IMG/VR virus record: IMGVR_UViG_3300018080_000014
Location: 1-64,000 of that record
Strand: one strand, 5' to 3'
Length of the DNA stretch: 64,000 nucleotides
Source: a virus
Shown: piece after piece, positions 18,760-29,211 of the stretch
How positions within the stretch are numbered: position 1 is the stretch's first letter
Layout: every line of letters begins with the position of its first letter
The notes under the pieces: model-generated
What the model was told of the DNA's origin: nothing
Database searches by the model: none
What the model saw: only the letters and a program-made list of their open reading frames with translations
Made by a program: the position numbers and the translations under genes

Positions 18760-21276
18760 TTAATATATTGCGTTGGTAGATCCTGTTGATACAACACCTG
18801 TTGCAGATGGAGTACTACCCGTTGCGCCTACAGTTATCGTGCCATCTACAACGTTTGCTGTTACCGACGCGTAATCACCAGCTGTTATATTACCTCCTAC
18901 GTGATTGCCAGATATGGCACAGTATAATGTTGCTGTAATACTGCCACTAACATGATTACCAGATATGCCACAAATTTGGCCAGTATATATAGAATTTGTA
19001 ACATTATATACTTGATTGGCAGATATTGAGTTTTGATTCAGCGCGTATATCCCGTATGCATTTGTAGTACCAGTAACGCTATTGATAGTATTGGACGAAA
19101 TGGCACATTGTGCATCTGCATCTATACCGTACCCTGTTCCGGCGCCACCATCTACATCGTAAATAAAATTACCGGAAGCCACTCCGATACTATACATGCT
19201 TATTCCAATAGCTACAGTAGTCGCTTCTACTTGTCTTACATAATTGCCAGTTACTTGGTTGTAACTATCTCCATTAGTGTTTATACCATGCGCGGAATTG
19301 TCCGTGGATGTTATGTACAGCAATGAATTTCCGGTAATGCTGCAATCACCTTCTGTTACAACTATCCCCATCACGACACCATACCCGCTAAGGTATCTTA
19401 TCGTGTTGCCGTTTATCACGCATGGCTGGCCTTCTGTATGTATTCCCGTTACCGTATAATTAGTATTGGTTTGTCCGGTTGCTTCGATGTGTATAGCATT
19501 TCCTTCAATGATGGCACTGGCTCCAGCGGCATCATTATATATACCATAGAATGCTCCAGCATCTAAAGATGACGTGCATTCTATCTTGTTATTTGCCACG
19601 ATTGCCTTGGCACTATCAGTCATTATTCCAAACACGGATATTGTAGTCAAGGCTGGCGACAAGTTGAACGTGTTTCCAGTTATCTTTACCTGCGGTCCTT
19701 CGTTTGATGCGGTCACCTGCGAATGGAATCCGCGTTGCAGGTTGATAAACTCGCAATTATTGACGATTATCTTGGCAGATGTTGTCGTTGACGTGTTCAA
19801 AAAGATCCCGGTTTTGGCTGATGTCGCGCTGGAATGTTCTATCGTGCATGAATCAATGGTAAGACGTATACTAGCTGCTGTTGACAAGGTGCCAATAATT
19901 GCGCCACTTGTTGTATTGGAATGTGTCGATACGAATCTCAGGTCTCGCAAGGTAAGGGAATCGCATTCCGATATTATCAACCCGTCGCCAGCTGCAAATG
20001 ATAATCCGGATCCGCGCGTGCCTATTATCGTTATATCGGCAAGAGGAGCGGAGATCGTAAACGATGCCACTTCTATTAGTCCATGTACTATTATCAATCC
20101 AGTACCTGTACCGATTGCCGTGATGGCAGCTATAAGCTCCGATTGAGTGTTGCAGAAGTACACGTTTCCATTGATCTTGGTGAGGTATCCGATGGAACCT
20201 CCGGCCATGAGAATATCTCCACCACCAGTCGTGACCTCATTCATCTGGAGATCGTACCCGTTCATGTTCACCTCCGATCCCATGATGATGGCAGTACCTG
20301 CGCCAGCCTGTGATCGCAAGTTATCTGTTTGGACAGTGCTTATATTAAATATCGTGTTATCATTCATATCGATGCTATTCTTAAATGTTATATTTCCAGC
20401 TGTCCTTCCAATAGACTGTACCCACAATTCTGTCCAATCGTAACCACTCATTCCGAGCTTACCTGCAGATTCATGGAGAAAATGTCCAGTGGCCATGTCA
20501 AACCTGAATTTCTGGACGTCAGCCAAGGTTTTCAGCACGATGTCGTGTTCACTCTTCAGGATCACGTCCTTAACAGGACCGGCAATAGCGATGAAATCAT
20601 TGGCATTATCATTGCTATAATAAGTCGTGGCATAGAGTTCGGTCACGTTCGATATTGCATGCTCTCCCATGTTGATGTTATCATCAAAGACCACGCTGGT
20701 GCCAAACGCGTTGTAAATTGTTGGTGTGCGCAATTCACCACCAATGGTGATGTCTTGCGTCACGTCCATGGCATCGTATGCCTTGTAAATTTTCCTATCT
20801 CCTTTTTCCATGTTGCGGAAATTCACCAACGCATCATCGGCTGGCCTTCTTCCAGCAATTGGAATATCTGTATCCAAGCACGATGCACGATTTGCCCTCA
20901 CTACAATGGTTCCATCTTTTGTACAAACCAATACATCATCGGTGCCGCCTCCAAGCGTGTTTCCCGTTGTTGCCGCAACGTACTTGATTTCGGATAACCC
21001 GTCATCATTCACCACCATGATGTACCCGTCAGCAGTGGCAATGTTATTATACGCCCCGCTAGGTGCCAAGTCGCCGGTACCTTCATCATGTAGTATCCTG
21101 TTGTAATGCAGAGAATGTAATAGCAGTCGCACGACCGCCTGCAACCCGTACTGCGTGTACGTTTCTCCAGAATCGATGATCTTGCAGTTGTTGAATAGCT
21201 CTGGTGTTATCTTGTTCTTGTGGTACAGCAAGCCCCATTGCGAGAAGTCACGTTCCCATTGCTCGGTCATGTTCAT
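18760..21276 (-). CDS. tail fibre/spike with right-handed parallel beta-helix (receptor-binding candidate)
   Basis: 838 aa; many I-x-G-N-x-I repeats (ITGN, IEGN, INGN, VTGN, ISGN) in the C-terminal half. Confidence 0.8.
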   Translation of the reverse strand: MNMTEQWERDFSQWGLLYHKNKITPELFNNCKIIDSGETYTQYGLQAVVRLLLHSLHYNRILHDEGTGDLAPSGAYNNIATADGYIMVVNDDGLSEIKYVAATTGNTLGGGTDDVLVCTKDGTIVVRANRASCLDTDIPIAGRRPADDALVNFRNMEKGDRKIYKAYDAMDVTQDITIGGELRTPTIYNAFGTSVVFDDNINMGEHAISNVTELYATTYYSNDNANDFIAIAGPVKDVILKSEHDIVLKTLADVQKFRFDMATGHFLHESAGKLGMSGYDWTELWVQSIGRTAGNITFKNSIDMNDNTIFNISTVQTDNLRSQAGAGTAIIMGSEVNMNGYDLQMNEVTTGGGDILMAGGSIGYLTKINGNVYFCNTQSELIAAITAIGTGTGLIIVHGLIEVASFTISAPLADITIIGTRGSGLSFAAGDGLIISECDSLTLRDLRFVSTHSNTTSGAIIGTLSTAASIRLTIDSCTIEHSSATSAKTGIFLNTSTTTSAKIIVNNCEFINLQRGFHSQVTASNEGPQVKITGNTFNLSPALTTISVFGIMTDSAKAIVANNKIECTSSLDAGAFYGIYNDAAGASAIIEGNAIHIEATGQTNTNYTVTGIHTEGQPCVINGNTIRYLSGYGVVMGIVVTEGDCSITGNSLLYITSTDNSAHGINTNGDSYNQVTGNYVRQVEATTVAIGISMYSIGVASGNFIYDVDGGAGTGYGIDADAQCAISSNTINSVTGTTNAYGIYALNQNSISANQVYNVTNSIYTGQICGISGNHVSGSITATLYCAISGNHVGGNITAGDYASVTANVVDGTITVGATGSTPSATGVVSTGSTNAIY

Positions 21277-21470
21277 TCACCTCGTGCCTTGATTCCTTCC
21301 AGTCTTATCTCTATTAGTTCCACTTGGTATTCCAATATCTCATATTCAACCTTCGCTCGCTCCAAGTACCTTTTCTTGGCATACAGGTCTATCTCCATGT
21401 CTATCTTGTACACCTTGTTCCATAACTTGTCCATGTTCTCGTATATCTTCCTGATTCTATCCTCGCTCAT
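21273..21470 (-). CDS. small coiled-coil protein
   Basis: ATGA overlap with the upstream gene. Confidence 0.55.
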   Translation of the reverse strand: MSEDRIRKIYENMDKLWNKVYKIDMEIDLYAKKRYLERAKVEYEILEYQVELIEIRLEGIKARGE

Positions 21471-22027
21471 TTTCCTCTCATCGTTCCTCCACATTTTGGA
21501 CATTTCATCGACGTGCATGGTTTACCCTTCTCATGCTTCACAGTTGCACCACATTCAGTACACACGCATTCCGAAGATCCACCATCTCCTTGTCTCGGGC
21601 CATCTTGTCCTTGCCCTTGCCCGCGTTCCTTCTTTTCCTTGTCCTTCTTACATGCCGGGAGATCTGGATATTTCTTGCACACAGCAGCACGCACCTGTTT
21701 CTTTTCCGCGGGTGTCCCGTGCTGCGCGACTCTTGCGAGTGCATTGGCAGCATGCGACCTGTCATGTATAGGGTATTTTCTCTTGCTAGGTATGGCAAAC
21801 GAAGAATCTGGCAACTTCTTCCTGGTCTTTGACTTCAGCTTGCCGAGTTGTATCAATATCGATGTTTCCACCAGTTCCAACCTAGCGATCCTTAATTCCA
21901 ATTCCTTCTTTTGTTTTGTCTTCTTCTCAATGGCACCACAGATTTTCTGTGCCGATTCCTTGGATTTTCCCTTTTTCATCTGTGCTGCCACGCATTCGGC
22001 AAAATTCTTGTATGGTCCTATTGGCAT
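21467..22027 (-). CDS. basic modular protein: N-terminal helical Cys motif, DUF6582-like domain, C-terminal Zn finger
   Basis: RKKLPDSSFAIPSKRKYPIHDRSHAANALAR; CVCTECG..HEKGKPC..CPKCG. Confidence 0.65.
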   Translation of the reverse strand: MPIGPYKNFAECVAAQMKKGKSKESAQKICGAIEKKTKQKKELELRIARLELVETSILIQLGKLKSKTRKKLPDSSFAIPSKRKYPIHDRSHAANALARVAQHGTPAEKKQVRAAVCKKYPDLPACKKDKEKKERGQGQGQDGPRQGDGGSSECVCTECGATVKHEKGKPCTSMKCPKCGGTMRGK

Positions 22028-22029
22028 GT

Positions 22030-22659
22030 CTACAACAACTCCAACCTGTATTCAAACAATAACGGGTTTCCATCCTCGACCTTGTAGAACGGTGCATCCA
22101 CGAAATACGTCTCGGTTTCTCCATAATACACCCTGCGGGCAACCATCGCATATTCCTTGTATGCGGGATTGTCCTGCGGATTTTGTGCCGGAGGGGTGGT
22201 GGGATGCAAGAAGATTCCTGCTTCCCTTATCTTGTATACGCCACCAACATGTGGAAGTTCTGCATCCAGGAACTGCGCAGTAACCGTGATGGCCTGATCC
22301 ACGCGCGTCTTGGATAATATTGATGCTCGTACATCTTCATCGGTTAATCTCCAGTCATCCTCCGAAACGTCATTCCAAGCACCACCCTTGGCAATATCCA
22401 CGCCCTCGCTCGGCCCTGCCACACCACTGTTTGTACCTGTGGAAGAGCCTAGCGCAACGGCACGTATTCCCAGCCCGGAATTCCACTTGCTATTGTCGAA
22501 TATTTCATCAAGCATGAATTCCTTTCCAGTTTCCACGACAAGGTTCTTGAGAAATCCCGTGTCTTGGATAATGGTTCCCGTGAACCTGTCTAGGACGTAC
22601 ATGCGCATGGATCCAACTATCTCGAATGGAATCTTGTTCTTCTTATTCATCGTCATCAT
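22030..22659 (-). CDS. tail fibre-attachment/collar-like protein
   Basis: NLVVETGK..AVALGS..IREAGIF..MVARR pattern; position after baseplate genes. Confidence 0.6.
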   Translation of the reverse strand: MMTMNKKNKIPFEIVGSMRMYVLDRFTGTIIQDTGFLKNLVVETGKEFMLDEIFDNSKWNSGLGIRAVALGSSTGTNSGVAGPSEGVDIAKGGAWNDVSEDDWRLTDEDVRASILSKTRVDQAITVTAQFLDAELPHVGGVYKIREAGIFLHPTTPPAQNPQDNPAYKEYAMVARRVYYGETETYFVDAPFYKVEDGNPLLFEYRLELL

Positions 22660-22677
22660 CCATGTTAATCATCGTAT

Positions 22678-24858
22678 TTAAGTTGCTACTATCTTGAAAC
22701 AAACGTCATCTATTGACATCGCATTTGCTGAATATGATGTGGAAAAAAGAACCAAAACGTATGGTGTTACCAGGCGATCAGTTGCTATCCATCCAGCAAG
22801 CTCGACATCATCCACGAATACACGAACTGCACTTTTTCCTATATCCAGCTGTATGAGGATTAGTGCCTCGACGTCATCTGGATACGGTCCAATACTAACA
22901 CCATCAGCGTATATTAATCCCGTGCTTTCATCAAAGATTATCATGCAGTCAAATCCAGACGCATAAAGCTGGCAATTTGAGCTGGAAATTCCACCATGTG
23001 GCTTCTTCATTAGAAATTCCACCTCAAGAATGCTGAGACCACAAACGATTGATTTTCCTATCGTACTCGGTGAGGTGAGTATCGCCTTACCTCCAGCAAC
23101 GTATGGACTTCCAGCATAGATTTGGAACTTGGAAAAATCTCCACTGCTGAAATCATCGAAGAAGATGGTTGATTCCAACCTCGATGATTCAGTGAACCCG
23201 CCAAAGAGTGATTCCCTGAACACTGCGCCTTCAAACACGGGATTGTACACGTCGCGCAGGTATCCCCAGTATTGCTGCGATGATGCATCCACAAGTTCCG
23301 ACGCTTCTATCGTGTCTCGCATGACCATGATCCATCCGCCAAAATACCCGTTCACGCCAGCAGGCGTAACCATGTCAACGAGCCCATCCCAGTTCTCGTT
23401 TGGATCTCCCGGTTGCCACAAGGCCTTCGATCCCATTTTTTCCAGGTTGAGTGCCATGAAAAACGTCGGCTCGTCCATGTCTTCTATGACACGTATCCTC
23501 ACGCATTCATCATCCTGCGCATGCGCGAAGTGATCGAAAAACCGCTTTATCTCGTCAAGCGTTGGTATGATTTTCCATTTCCTTGCCCATATCCGCTTGC
23601 CAAATTGCTCGTCGGATTCACCATCATTCCTCGTCATGCCGACATCGGCACCTTTCCTATCAAGCATGAATCCGGTGGCATGTGGTCCAGAGAATCCAAA
23701 CCCGTCACATTCAGGGCACGTTTGCCCGAGATGGGTGTCTATTATCGAATTTACTGGTGGATAAACACCAGTGCCAGTACACGTGGCACAAAAATATGGT
23801 GATGCCCACACGGCATCTTGAATCTTGACGCCATTCTCGTACAATTCCCAGAACTTGGCACCATACAAGTATCTCGTGGTAGGTGATGCGAGGCAAAATA
23901 TGGTAATTGTTTCATTATACCGCACGTCTTCATATGCTTCATATTCCTTTCCATATAATATATCCACGTTATCAATATAGCATGTACCTGTCACGCATGT
24001 AAATTTATATCCATCAACCGGCGCATCTGGAGAAATGAGCACGTACTTGCCACCAATTTGTTGTCCATCTTTCAGCACGGTGAATATCCCATCACCAAAG
24101 AGAACAGAAATTGTACATGTAATATCGTCCACGTATGCTCCCGCAACATCCCACGCAGCAGAACCAACATCCCAGACACGTATCTCGTTGGAAACAAGGT
24201 ATATCAATGGTCCAGATACATACGCATTCCTCATTACAAATTCAGATCCAGATGGCATGCGCACGTCAAAATCAAGCCTGTTTGGCATCACCGTGTATTC
24301 CAGACTACCATCTTCTATTTCTATATATCCATCTTCCTCGATTTCACATTCCTGATCAGTGGTTATCGACGCATCTTCTACCACATCCCATGCCGACAAG
24401 TCACCAGAAAAATTATCCTCGAAAACGTGGTACGGCAGCTTGGTCATGCACGTCACGTCGTACACGAGCTGCTCGTCCTCGGCAATCCTGAAAATGGTAT
24501 TTATGGACGTGAATGGTTCTATGGTAATATTAATAAACTTTTGCTCATCATGCTCATATACTGGATAATCGTATTTCCTACCACCATATACACGATTCCT
24601 CCATCCAACGAGTTTCGCAGTCTTGTACCCGATACGAAGTGCCAGCCCGGCATCCCTCATCTTGTCCCTTATAATACCAACCAATGGGCCGGGGCTCCAA
24701 GGAGTATCACCAATATATAGCTTGTCATCCCCCTGTACGAATCCAAGACCATCACGAGCAGTCCAACCTGCAATGGCAGCCATCCATACTCCTTTCTTGG
24801 CATCATTATAATATCTACCCCATGCTGAGGTAAACATCCGGGCATCTATTACTTCCAT
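22678..24858 (-). CDS. baseplate wedge protein with inserted lectin-like domains and CxxCxGxG finger
   Basis: LDRKGADVGMTRNDGESDEQFGKRI wedge motif; FEDNFSG and FDDFSSG beta-sandwich starts. Confidence 0.65.
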   Translation of the reverse strand: MEVIDARMFTSAWGRYYNDAKKGVWMAAIAGWTARDGLGFVQGDDKLYIGDTPWSPGPLVGIIRDKMRDAGLALRIGYKTAKLVGWRNRVYGGRKYDYPVYEHDEQKFINITIEPFTSINTIFRIAEDEQLVYDVTCMTKLPYHVFEDNFSGDLSAWDVVEDASITTDQECEIEEDGYIEIEDGSLEYTVMPNRLDFDVRMPSGSEFVMRNAYVSGPLIYLVSNEIRVWDVGSAAWDVAGAYVDDITCTISVLFGDGIFTVLKDGQQIGGKYVLISPDAPVDGYKFTCVTGTCYIDNVDILYGKEYEAYEDVRYNETITIFCLASPTTRYLYGAKFWELYENGVKIQDAVWASPYFCATCTGTGVYPPVNSIIDTHLGQTCPECDGFGFSGPHATGFMLDRKGADVGMTRNDGESDEQFGKRIWARKWKIIPTLDEIKRFFDHFAHAQDDECVRIRVIEDMDEPTFFMALNLEKMGSKALWQPGDPNENWDGLVDMVTPAGVNGYFGGWIMVMRDTIEASELVDASSQQYWGYLRDVYNPVFEGAVFRESLFGGFTESSRLESTIFFDDFSSGDFSKFQIYAGSPYVAGGKAILTSPSTIGKSIVCGLSILEVEFLMKKPHGGISSSNCQLYASGFDCMIIFDESTGLIYADGVSIGPYPDDVEALILIQLDIGKSAVRVFVDDVELAGWIATDRLVTPYVLVLFSTSYSANAMSIDDVCFKIVAT

Positions 24859-24859
24859 T

Positions 24860-26731
24860 TCATTTACCTTCCGTAAATGTCGTGGTTCCTATTTCTGCTA
24901 TGTTCAATTCACCAATCAATATATCCTTCTCTTGGGCATTGGTGATCGGCGTTTCCGATTCTTTCTGTATGGTAACGCTTCGTACCTTGATGATTCCTTC
25001 AACGTTGAGCATTGCCTTCTCGATCTGCGAGAATACCACGTTTTCCCCGGGTATCAGGTTGTTTATGTAATTGGCAAGCGCTTCCCTGCACTCCGATGAT
25101 ACCGCGGCATAATCGGATTGCGATGTGACGAACAGCGTGGCAGTCACGTTGATGTTCTTCACCTCTGCCTCCATGATGTTCGCCTGTATGCATATCGGCA
25201 CGAATGCCCGCCTCTTGAAATCAAATATCCTGCTCCATACTATATCCACGTAGTTGTTAAAATCATATCCTTGGACCATGGCAACAATGACGTTGAACGC
25301 GGCACCTCCCCACCGCGTCTTGAACGCGATGTCGGCAAGTCCACTGTTTCTCTCCACGCCATCCGCATACATTTTTCCATCCGCGTACTCGTTGCCACTA
25401 TTCTGGTATTTCAAGTTCCAGTGACTATCAGATGTTGATCCAGATTCAGCGGTCTTCACGAGAAGCAAGTACGTCTTCGTGTAATCGAGGCCACCAAACT
25501 TCTGGGATATTTTTATTTCCTGCCATCCGGTTGGATCATCAGCATCAACATCTTCGGGCGAAAACAATCCAAATGATAGGAGTAGCTTGGATACCGTCGT
25601 GGCATAATCATCTACCCACAAGTACAGTTCCATGCGTAGTGGTGGTGGTTCGCCACCAGTGTTCACTTTCTGCACGTACAATGATATTTCCTTGATGCCA
25701 ATCCTATCGCCGGTGGGCTTCCATGTCTGGGCAACATCAACATCACCTGTACTATAAAAGTTCCACGTCTCGAACGTTGTCCACGTGGCAGATTCTTGCC
25801 AATCTGCATTTGGATATGCCACGTCAACGCCAGTAACTTGATATGCCCTGGCAGATCTGACACCTTCCACTTCCTCTACCAAGCTTTGTATGCGCGAATA
25901 CCCAAACTGTACCCTGCTCGTGCTGAGTTGTCTCCTGCGATATGATGGATCGGATTCTTGTTCAGTCGCACCTATTGACGCTTCGTTATTGATCACCGAA
26001 ACGACATTTGTTATTCCATCAGTATTCAGCGTTATTTGCCCAGTATCAACGACATCCTGTTCACCGTATCTTTCTGCTATGCACGGTATTGTCACTGAAA
26101 CATTTTCCGTCGGATCCAATCCAACATAATATACTGAATCTTCTGCTGGTTCTGCACCGCCCGGATTCCAATTAACTTGATCACCATCGAATTCCCAATC
26201 CACGTCTTCCGCGTATGCCGTGCCACTTTGTGTTGGTGTCTCGTTTATCCATTGTATGGACGTGACGCCCGAGAAGGGGGGTGGGATATTATCGACGCCG
26301 TTTGCTGCACCCTTGGTAATTTGTATTATGTTTGGAAGTATCCCTGCCTGTATCGTGAGATAGTTGATGCCTTTTTCGGTGGAAAATGTTGATGAGATTG
26401 GAATGAGCACGTCATTTGCCTTGCCAGTCACCGTCACGTTTACCGTGCCTTTTGAAGGAACACCCCTGAACACTCCAGATTCTATCCCGTGGTAATCGAG
26501 GTAATAATTGCTTGCCGTGGACACGTTCAATTCCTTGAGAACAGATGCCATGATGTTATCAAGTTCCACGTACTTGGCAGCAAATACTTTCATCATTTGC
26601 CATACCCACGTGCCCTTTCCCGTGTTTACACGTGGATCCAATGAATGTAATAAATCAAATTGCTCACGAAGCACCTGATCCAGTGGTTTTAATATGTATC
26701 CAGATGCGGTTAGACCGTAATTGATTGAAAT
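24860..26731 (-). CDS. baseplate J-like protein (probable ATT start at 26731; first canonical start 26674)
   Basis: YGLTASGY N-terminus, YLDYHGIESGVFR, GATEQESDPSYRRR, VEGVRSAR, YINNLIPGENV..VEGI. Confidence 0.85.
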   Translation of the reverse strand: MSINYGLTASGYILKPLDQVLREQFDLLHSLDPRVNTGKGTWVWQMMKVFAAKYVELDNIMASVLKELNVSTASNYYLDYHGIESGVFRGVPSKGTVNVTVTGKANDVLIPISSTFSTEKGINYLTIQAGILPNIIQITKGAANGVDNIPPPFSGVTSIQWINETPTQSGTAYAEDVDWEFDGDQVNWNPGGAEPAEDSVYYVGLDPTENVSVTIPCIAERYGEQDVVDTGQITLNTDGITNVVSVINNEASIGATEQESDPSYRRRQLSTSRVQFGYSRIQSLVEEVEGVRSARAYQVTGVDVAYPNADWQESATWTTFETWNFYSTGDVDVAQTWKPTGDRIGIKEISLYVQKVNTGGEPPPLRMELYLWVDDYATTVSKLLLSFGLFSPEDVDADDPTGWQEIKISQKFGGLDYTKTYLLLVKTAESGSTSDSHWNLKYQNSGNEYADGKMYADGVERNSGLADIAFKTRWGGAAFNVIVAMVQGYDFNNYVDIVWSRIFDFKRRAFVPICIQANIMEAEVKNINVTATLFVTSQSDYAAVSSECREALANYINNLIPGENVVFSQIEKAMLNVEGIIKVRSVTIQKESETPITNAQEKDILIGELNIAEIGTTTFTEGK

Positions 26732-27129
26732 ACTCTTTCCACCTCCAGTGGTATGTCGAATGTATTGTTATTGACCGATGTTGCTATTATGCCAACTTTC
26801 CAGTTACCATCCTCTTCAGGTCTTATATACACCACGCTTGACTCGGAGATCATTGGTATCCTTTCGTTATTCAGGCAATCCATGATTGCCATGCGTATTA
26901 CCGTTTCTGGCGGGATATTTTTTACCCTTTTCATCATGTCTGGTAATGGCAACCCGTATGATCTATCTATTGCTTCTTCTCCGCGAATCGTGGAAAGGGC
27001 AACGATACACTCTTGCCTGAATACCTCTTCCTGCTCGATGGTGACCATGTTACCATCCTTGTCCACGTAGATGTCTCCACCTTCAGGGTCCCTGAGAGGC
27101 GTCGTCCCTAGGTCTATGTTTGTCGGCAT
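26710..27129 (-). CDS. gp25/gpW-like baseplate wedge subunit
   Basis: LSTIRGEEAIDRSYGLP motif; position upstream of baseplate J. Confidence 0.75.
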   Translation of the reverse strand: MPTNIDLGTTPLRDPEGGDIYVDKDGNMVTIEQEEVFRQECIVALSTIRGEEAIDRSYGLPLPDMMKRVKNIPPETVIRMAIMDCLNNERIPMISESSVVYIRPEEDGNWKVGIIATSVNNNTFDIPLEVERVFQSITV

Positions 27130-27475
27130 TTTTCTCCATTTCTTTCAATATATCCTTGCTTTCGTCAAGTTCCCTGATGAGCTTTTTCCTGTACTCGATG
27201 GTTCGCATTTTTGCCCTGATGATTCCTATGGATATTTTGGCAGACGCCATATCGAATATCGTCTTTATCCTGAGAAGAAACAACGTGTACAGGTAGAAAG
27301 CACCACTCAATATAACTATCCACAGAACTTTCAACGTACTGCTCAATTCCACGAACATGCTAACACCGTCTTTTTCCATGGTTAAGAACCAATAGACGGC
27401 AACAATGCATCCAACATATACCTGCAGCCAAAATAGCCATGCTATGAATCCTATGATTTTTTCCGTCCTGTTCAT
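27083..27475 (-). CDS. two-TM membrane protein
   Basis: Two hydrophobic segments, basic C-terminus. Confidence 0.6.
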   Translation of the reverse strand: MNRTEKIIGFIAWLFWLQVYVGCIVAVYWFLTMEKDGVSMFVELSSTLKVLWIVILSGAFYLYTLFLLRIKTIFDMASAKISIGIIRAKMRTIEYRKKLIRELDESKDILKEMEKNADKHRPRDDASQGP

Positions 27476-29211
27476 TCGCTTTTCACCTTCGAGGTGTTTG
27501 ATTTTATTACTCCAACATTTGATGGCATTCCGGTTGCCACAATATATGCATAGAATGCAGCCCATCCAGCCAAAGTTGGTCCGCCACCAGCGGTAGTGGC
27601 TGCTACTACGGCTGTCCACCATGGAGATAAGACTGTTGTATCCACTATATCGGTAACACGGGCGTTTTTTAATGATGCTGCTGCACCGAGATTTATGGCG
27701 GGGCCTTCCACGGTAACTTCACTGCTGGCATTTATTCTTATTTTACCATCACTTGCTACTTCTATGTAATTACTATCATCGACATGGATCGTGATGTGCG
27801 AATCCTTATCCAGTTCCAACCACATTCCTGTTGCCGTCGTTGGATCAGGCTTGGATTCGGCGTCATCCGGGTCATCTGCTTCCAGTTTTACACTATTGGA
27901 TTTCACCAACCATGTCTCTTCTTGCTCATCGAAATACAGTGATCCTTTCTCCATCCTTAAATAAAAGTCTTTCGGCTCGCATTCCGGTACAACGTCATCT
28001 TTCTTCCATATGGAGTTCCCAATCATGGAAAATCCCTGTAACCTATCGGTGGAAAATACCATATTGCGTTGCTTGTCGTACACGGGAAACCGCATCCCTA
28101 TCCCGTTCCCGGCGAACGGGCTAGACCATATGACGTTTTCTATTTGCTGTCCTTCATAAAATTCTATTTCCTGTGGATCCAGTGTCTTTGTTTTCTTATC
28201 CACGTTGAAAAGGACTCTTGTTTTTTCTCTCCATGCATCTCCAATTTCCTCGTCACTAATACTGGCATCTCCCAGCATTATTTTTGGAGTTTCTATCCAG
28301 TCACCGTGTTTTATGTCAATCGCTTCCATCAATGCGCGGGTTGCCGTGTGATTGTTCTTGATGCATATGCCTATGGATTCTTTCAGTCCCCTTCCATTCT
28401 CCCCGTATATTCCTTTTATTATTTTCCACGTCACGCCCTTGTACACGAGAGACGATCCGACGATGAATGATGGCGATCCTTCGAGGATAAACGACATGAA
28501 TAGCCTGCCGCCATACGAGAAATATTTCACCTTGTTATTGAGTATTTCCATCATGTCATCAATAAAATATGGTCTCGCTGGACACTTGTACCCGAGAGTG
28601 ATGCTCCCGCTAAATGGATCACAATACCATTCCATGTCGTTCTGTGCCACGAGATCATCTATGATTTCACCGATACATCTGGAACCATCGTTTACCACGG
28701 AATCGTAGTTATATATTCCAGATTCGGAGGCAAGATTCTCAACTGTTGGTGCCAAGTCAGGATTAATGGAAAATGCCGCTTTCACCATTTCCCTGACGAG
28801 CTCGAATATACCAATCGGCTTGCCAAACTTTTTGGAGAATATGATCTTGTTGCGCATGGTCCATACAGATTCAGGTATAGCATTTATCCTAAAGTGTGCC
28901 ATTTCACCATTCACTCTTTGTGGTGAAAAAACAGTATTAAGCACGCGCGCCTTTATTGGAATTTCACCATATGATCTTATCCATATCGGATCGCCTGCTG
29001 ATAGGCTCTTGATGGCATCCTCGTCGTAATCAAATACCATTATTGATATTTTACCACCATCAAACCCATACCTCGTCTGCACGATGTACTCGTTCCTATT
29101 GCCGACCACGTTCGTCATCCCAATGATCTCGCCACTATCGAGATCCTTGGCAGGTATCTTTACCTCGAAATCTGCTATTTTCCTTTCCTTGCTTTCATCT
29201 TCCACGCTCAT
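27472..29211 (-). CDS. baseplate hub/spike fusion (gpD/gp27 + gpV/gp5-like)
   Basis: SPFAGNGIGMRFP OB-fold motif, C-terminal beta repeats and INLGAAAS..ARVTD tip; position. Confidence 0.65.
   Translation of the reverse strand: MSVEDESKERKIADFEVKIPAKDLDSGEIIGMTNVVGNRNEYIVQTRYGFDGGKISIMVFDYDEDAIKSLSAGDPIWIRSYGEIPIKARVLNTVFSPQRVNGEMAHFRINAIPESVWTMRNKIIFSKKFGKPIGIFELVREMVKAAFSINPDLAPTVENLASESGIYNYDSVVNDGSRCIGEIIDDLVAQNDMEWYCDPFSGSITLGYKCPARPYFIDDMMEILNNKVKYFSYGGRLFMSFILEGSPSFIVGSSLVYKGVTWKIIKGIYGENGRGLKESIGICIKNNHTATRALMEAIDIKHGDWIETPKIMLGDASISDEEIGDAWREKTRVLFNVDKKTKTLDPQEIEFYEGQQIENVIWSSPFAGNGIGMRFPVYDKQRNMVFSTDRLQGFSMIGNSIWKKDDVVPECEPKDFYLRMEKGSLYFDEQEETWLVKSNSVKLEADDPDDAESKPDPTTATGMWLELDKDSHITIHVDDSNYIEVASDGKIRINASSEVTVEGPAINLGAAASLKNARVTDIVDTTVLSPWWTAVVAATTAGGGPTLAGWAAFYAYIVATGMPSNVGVIKSNTSKVKSE

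Noticed and set aside
18760-21276. Diversity-generating retroelement targeting the fibre
   Set aside because: No reverse transcriptase gene and no TR/VR repeat pair noticed.
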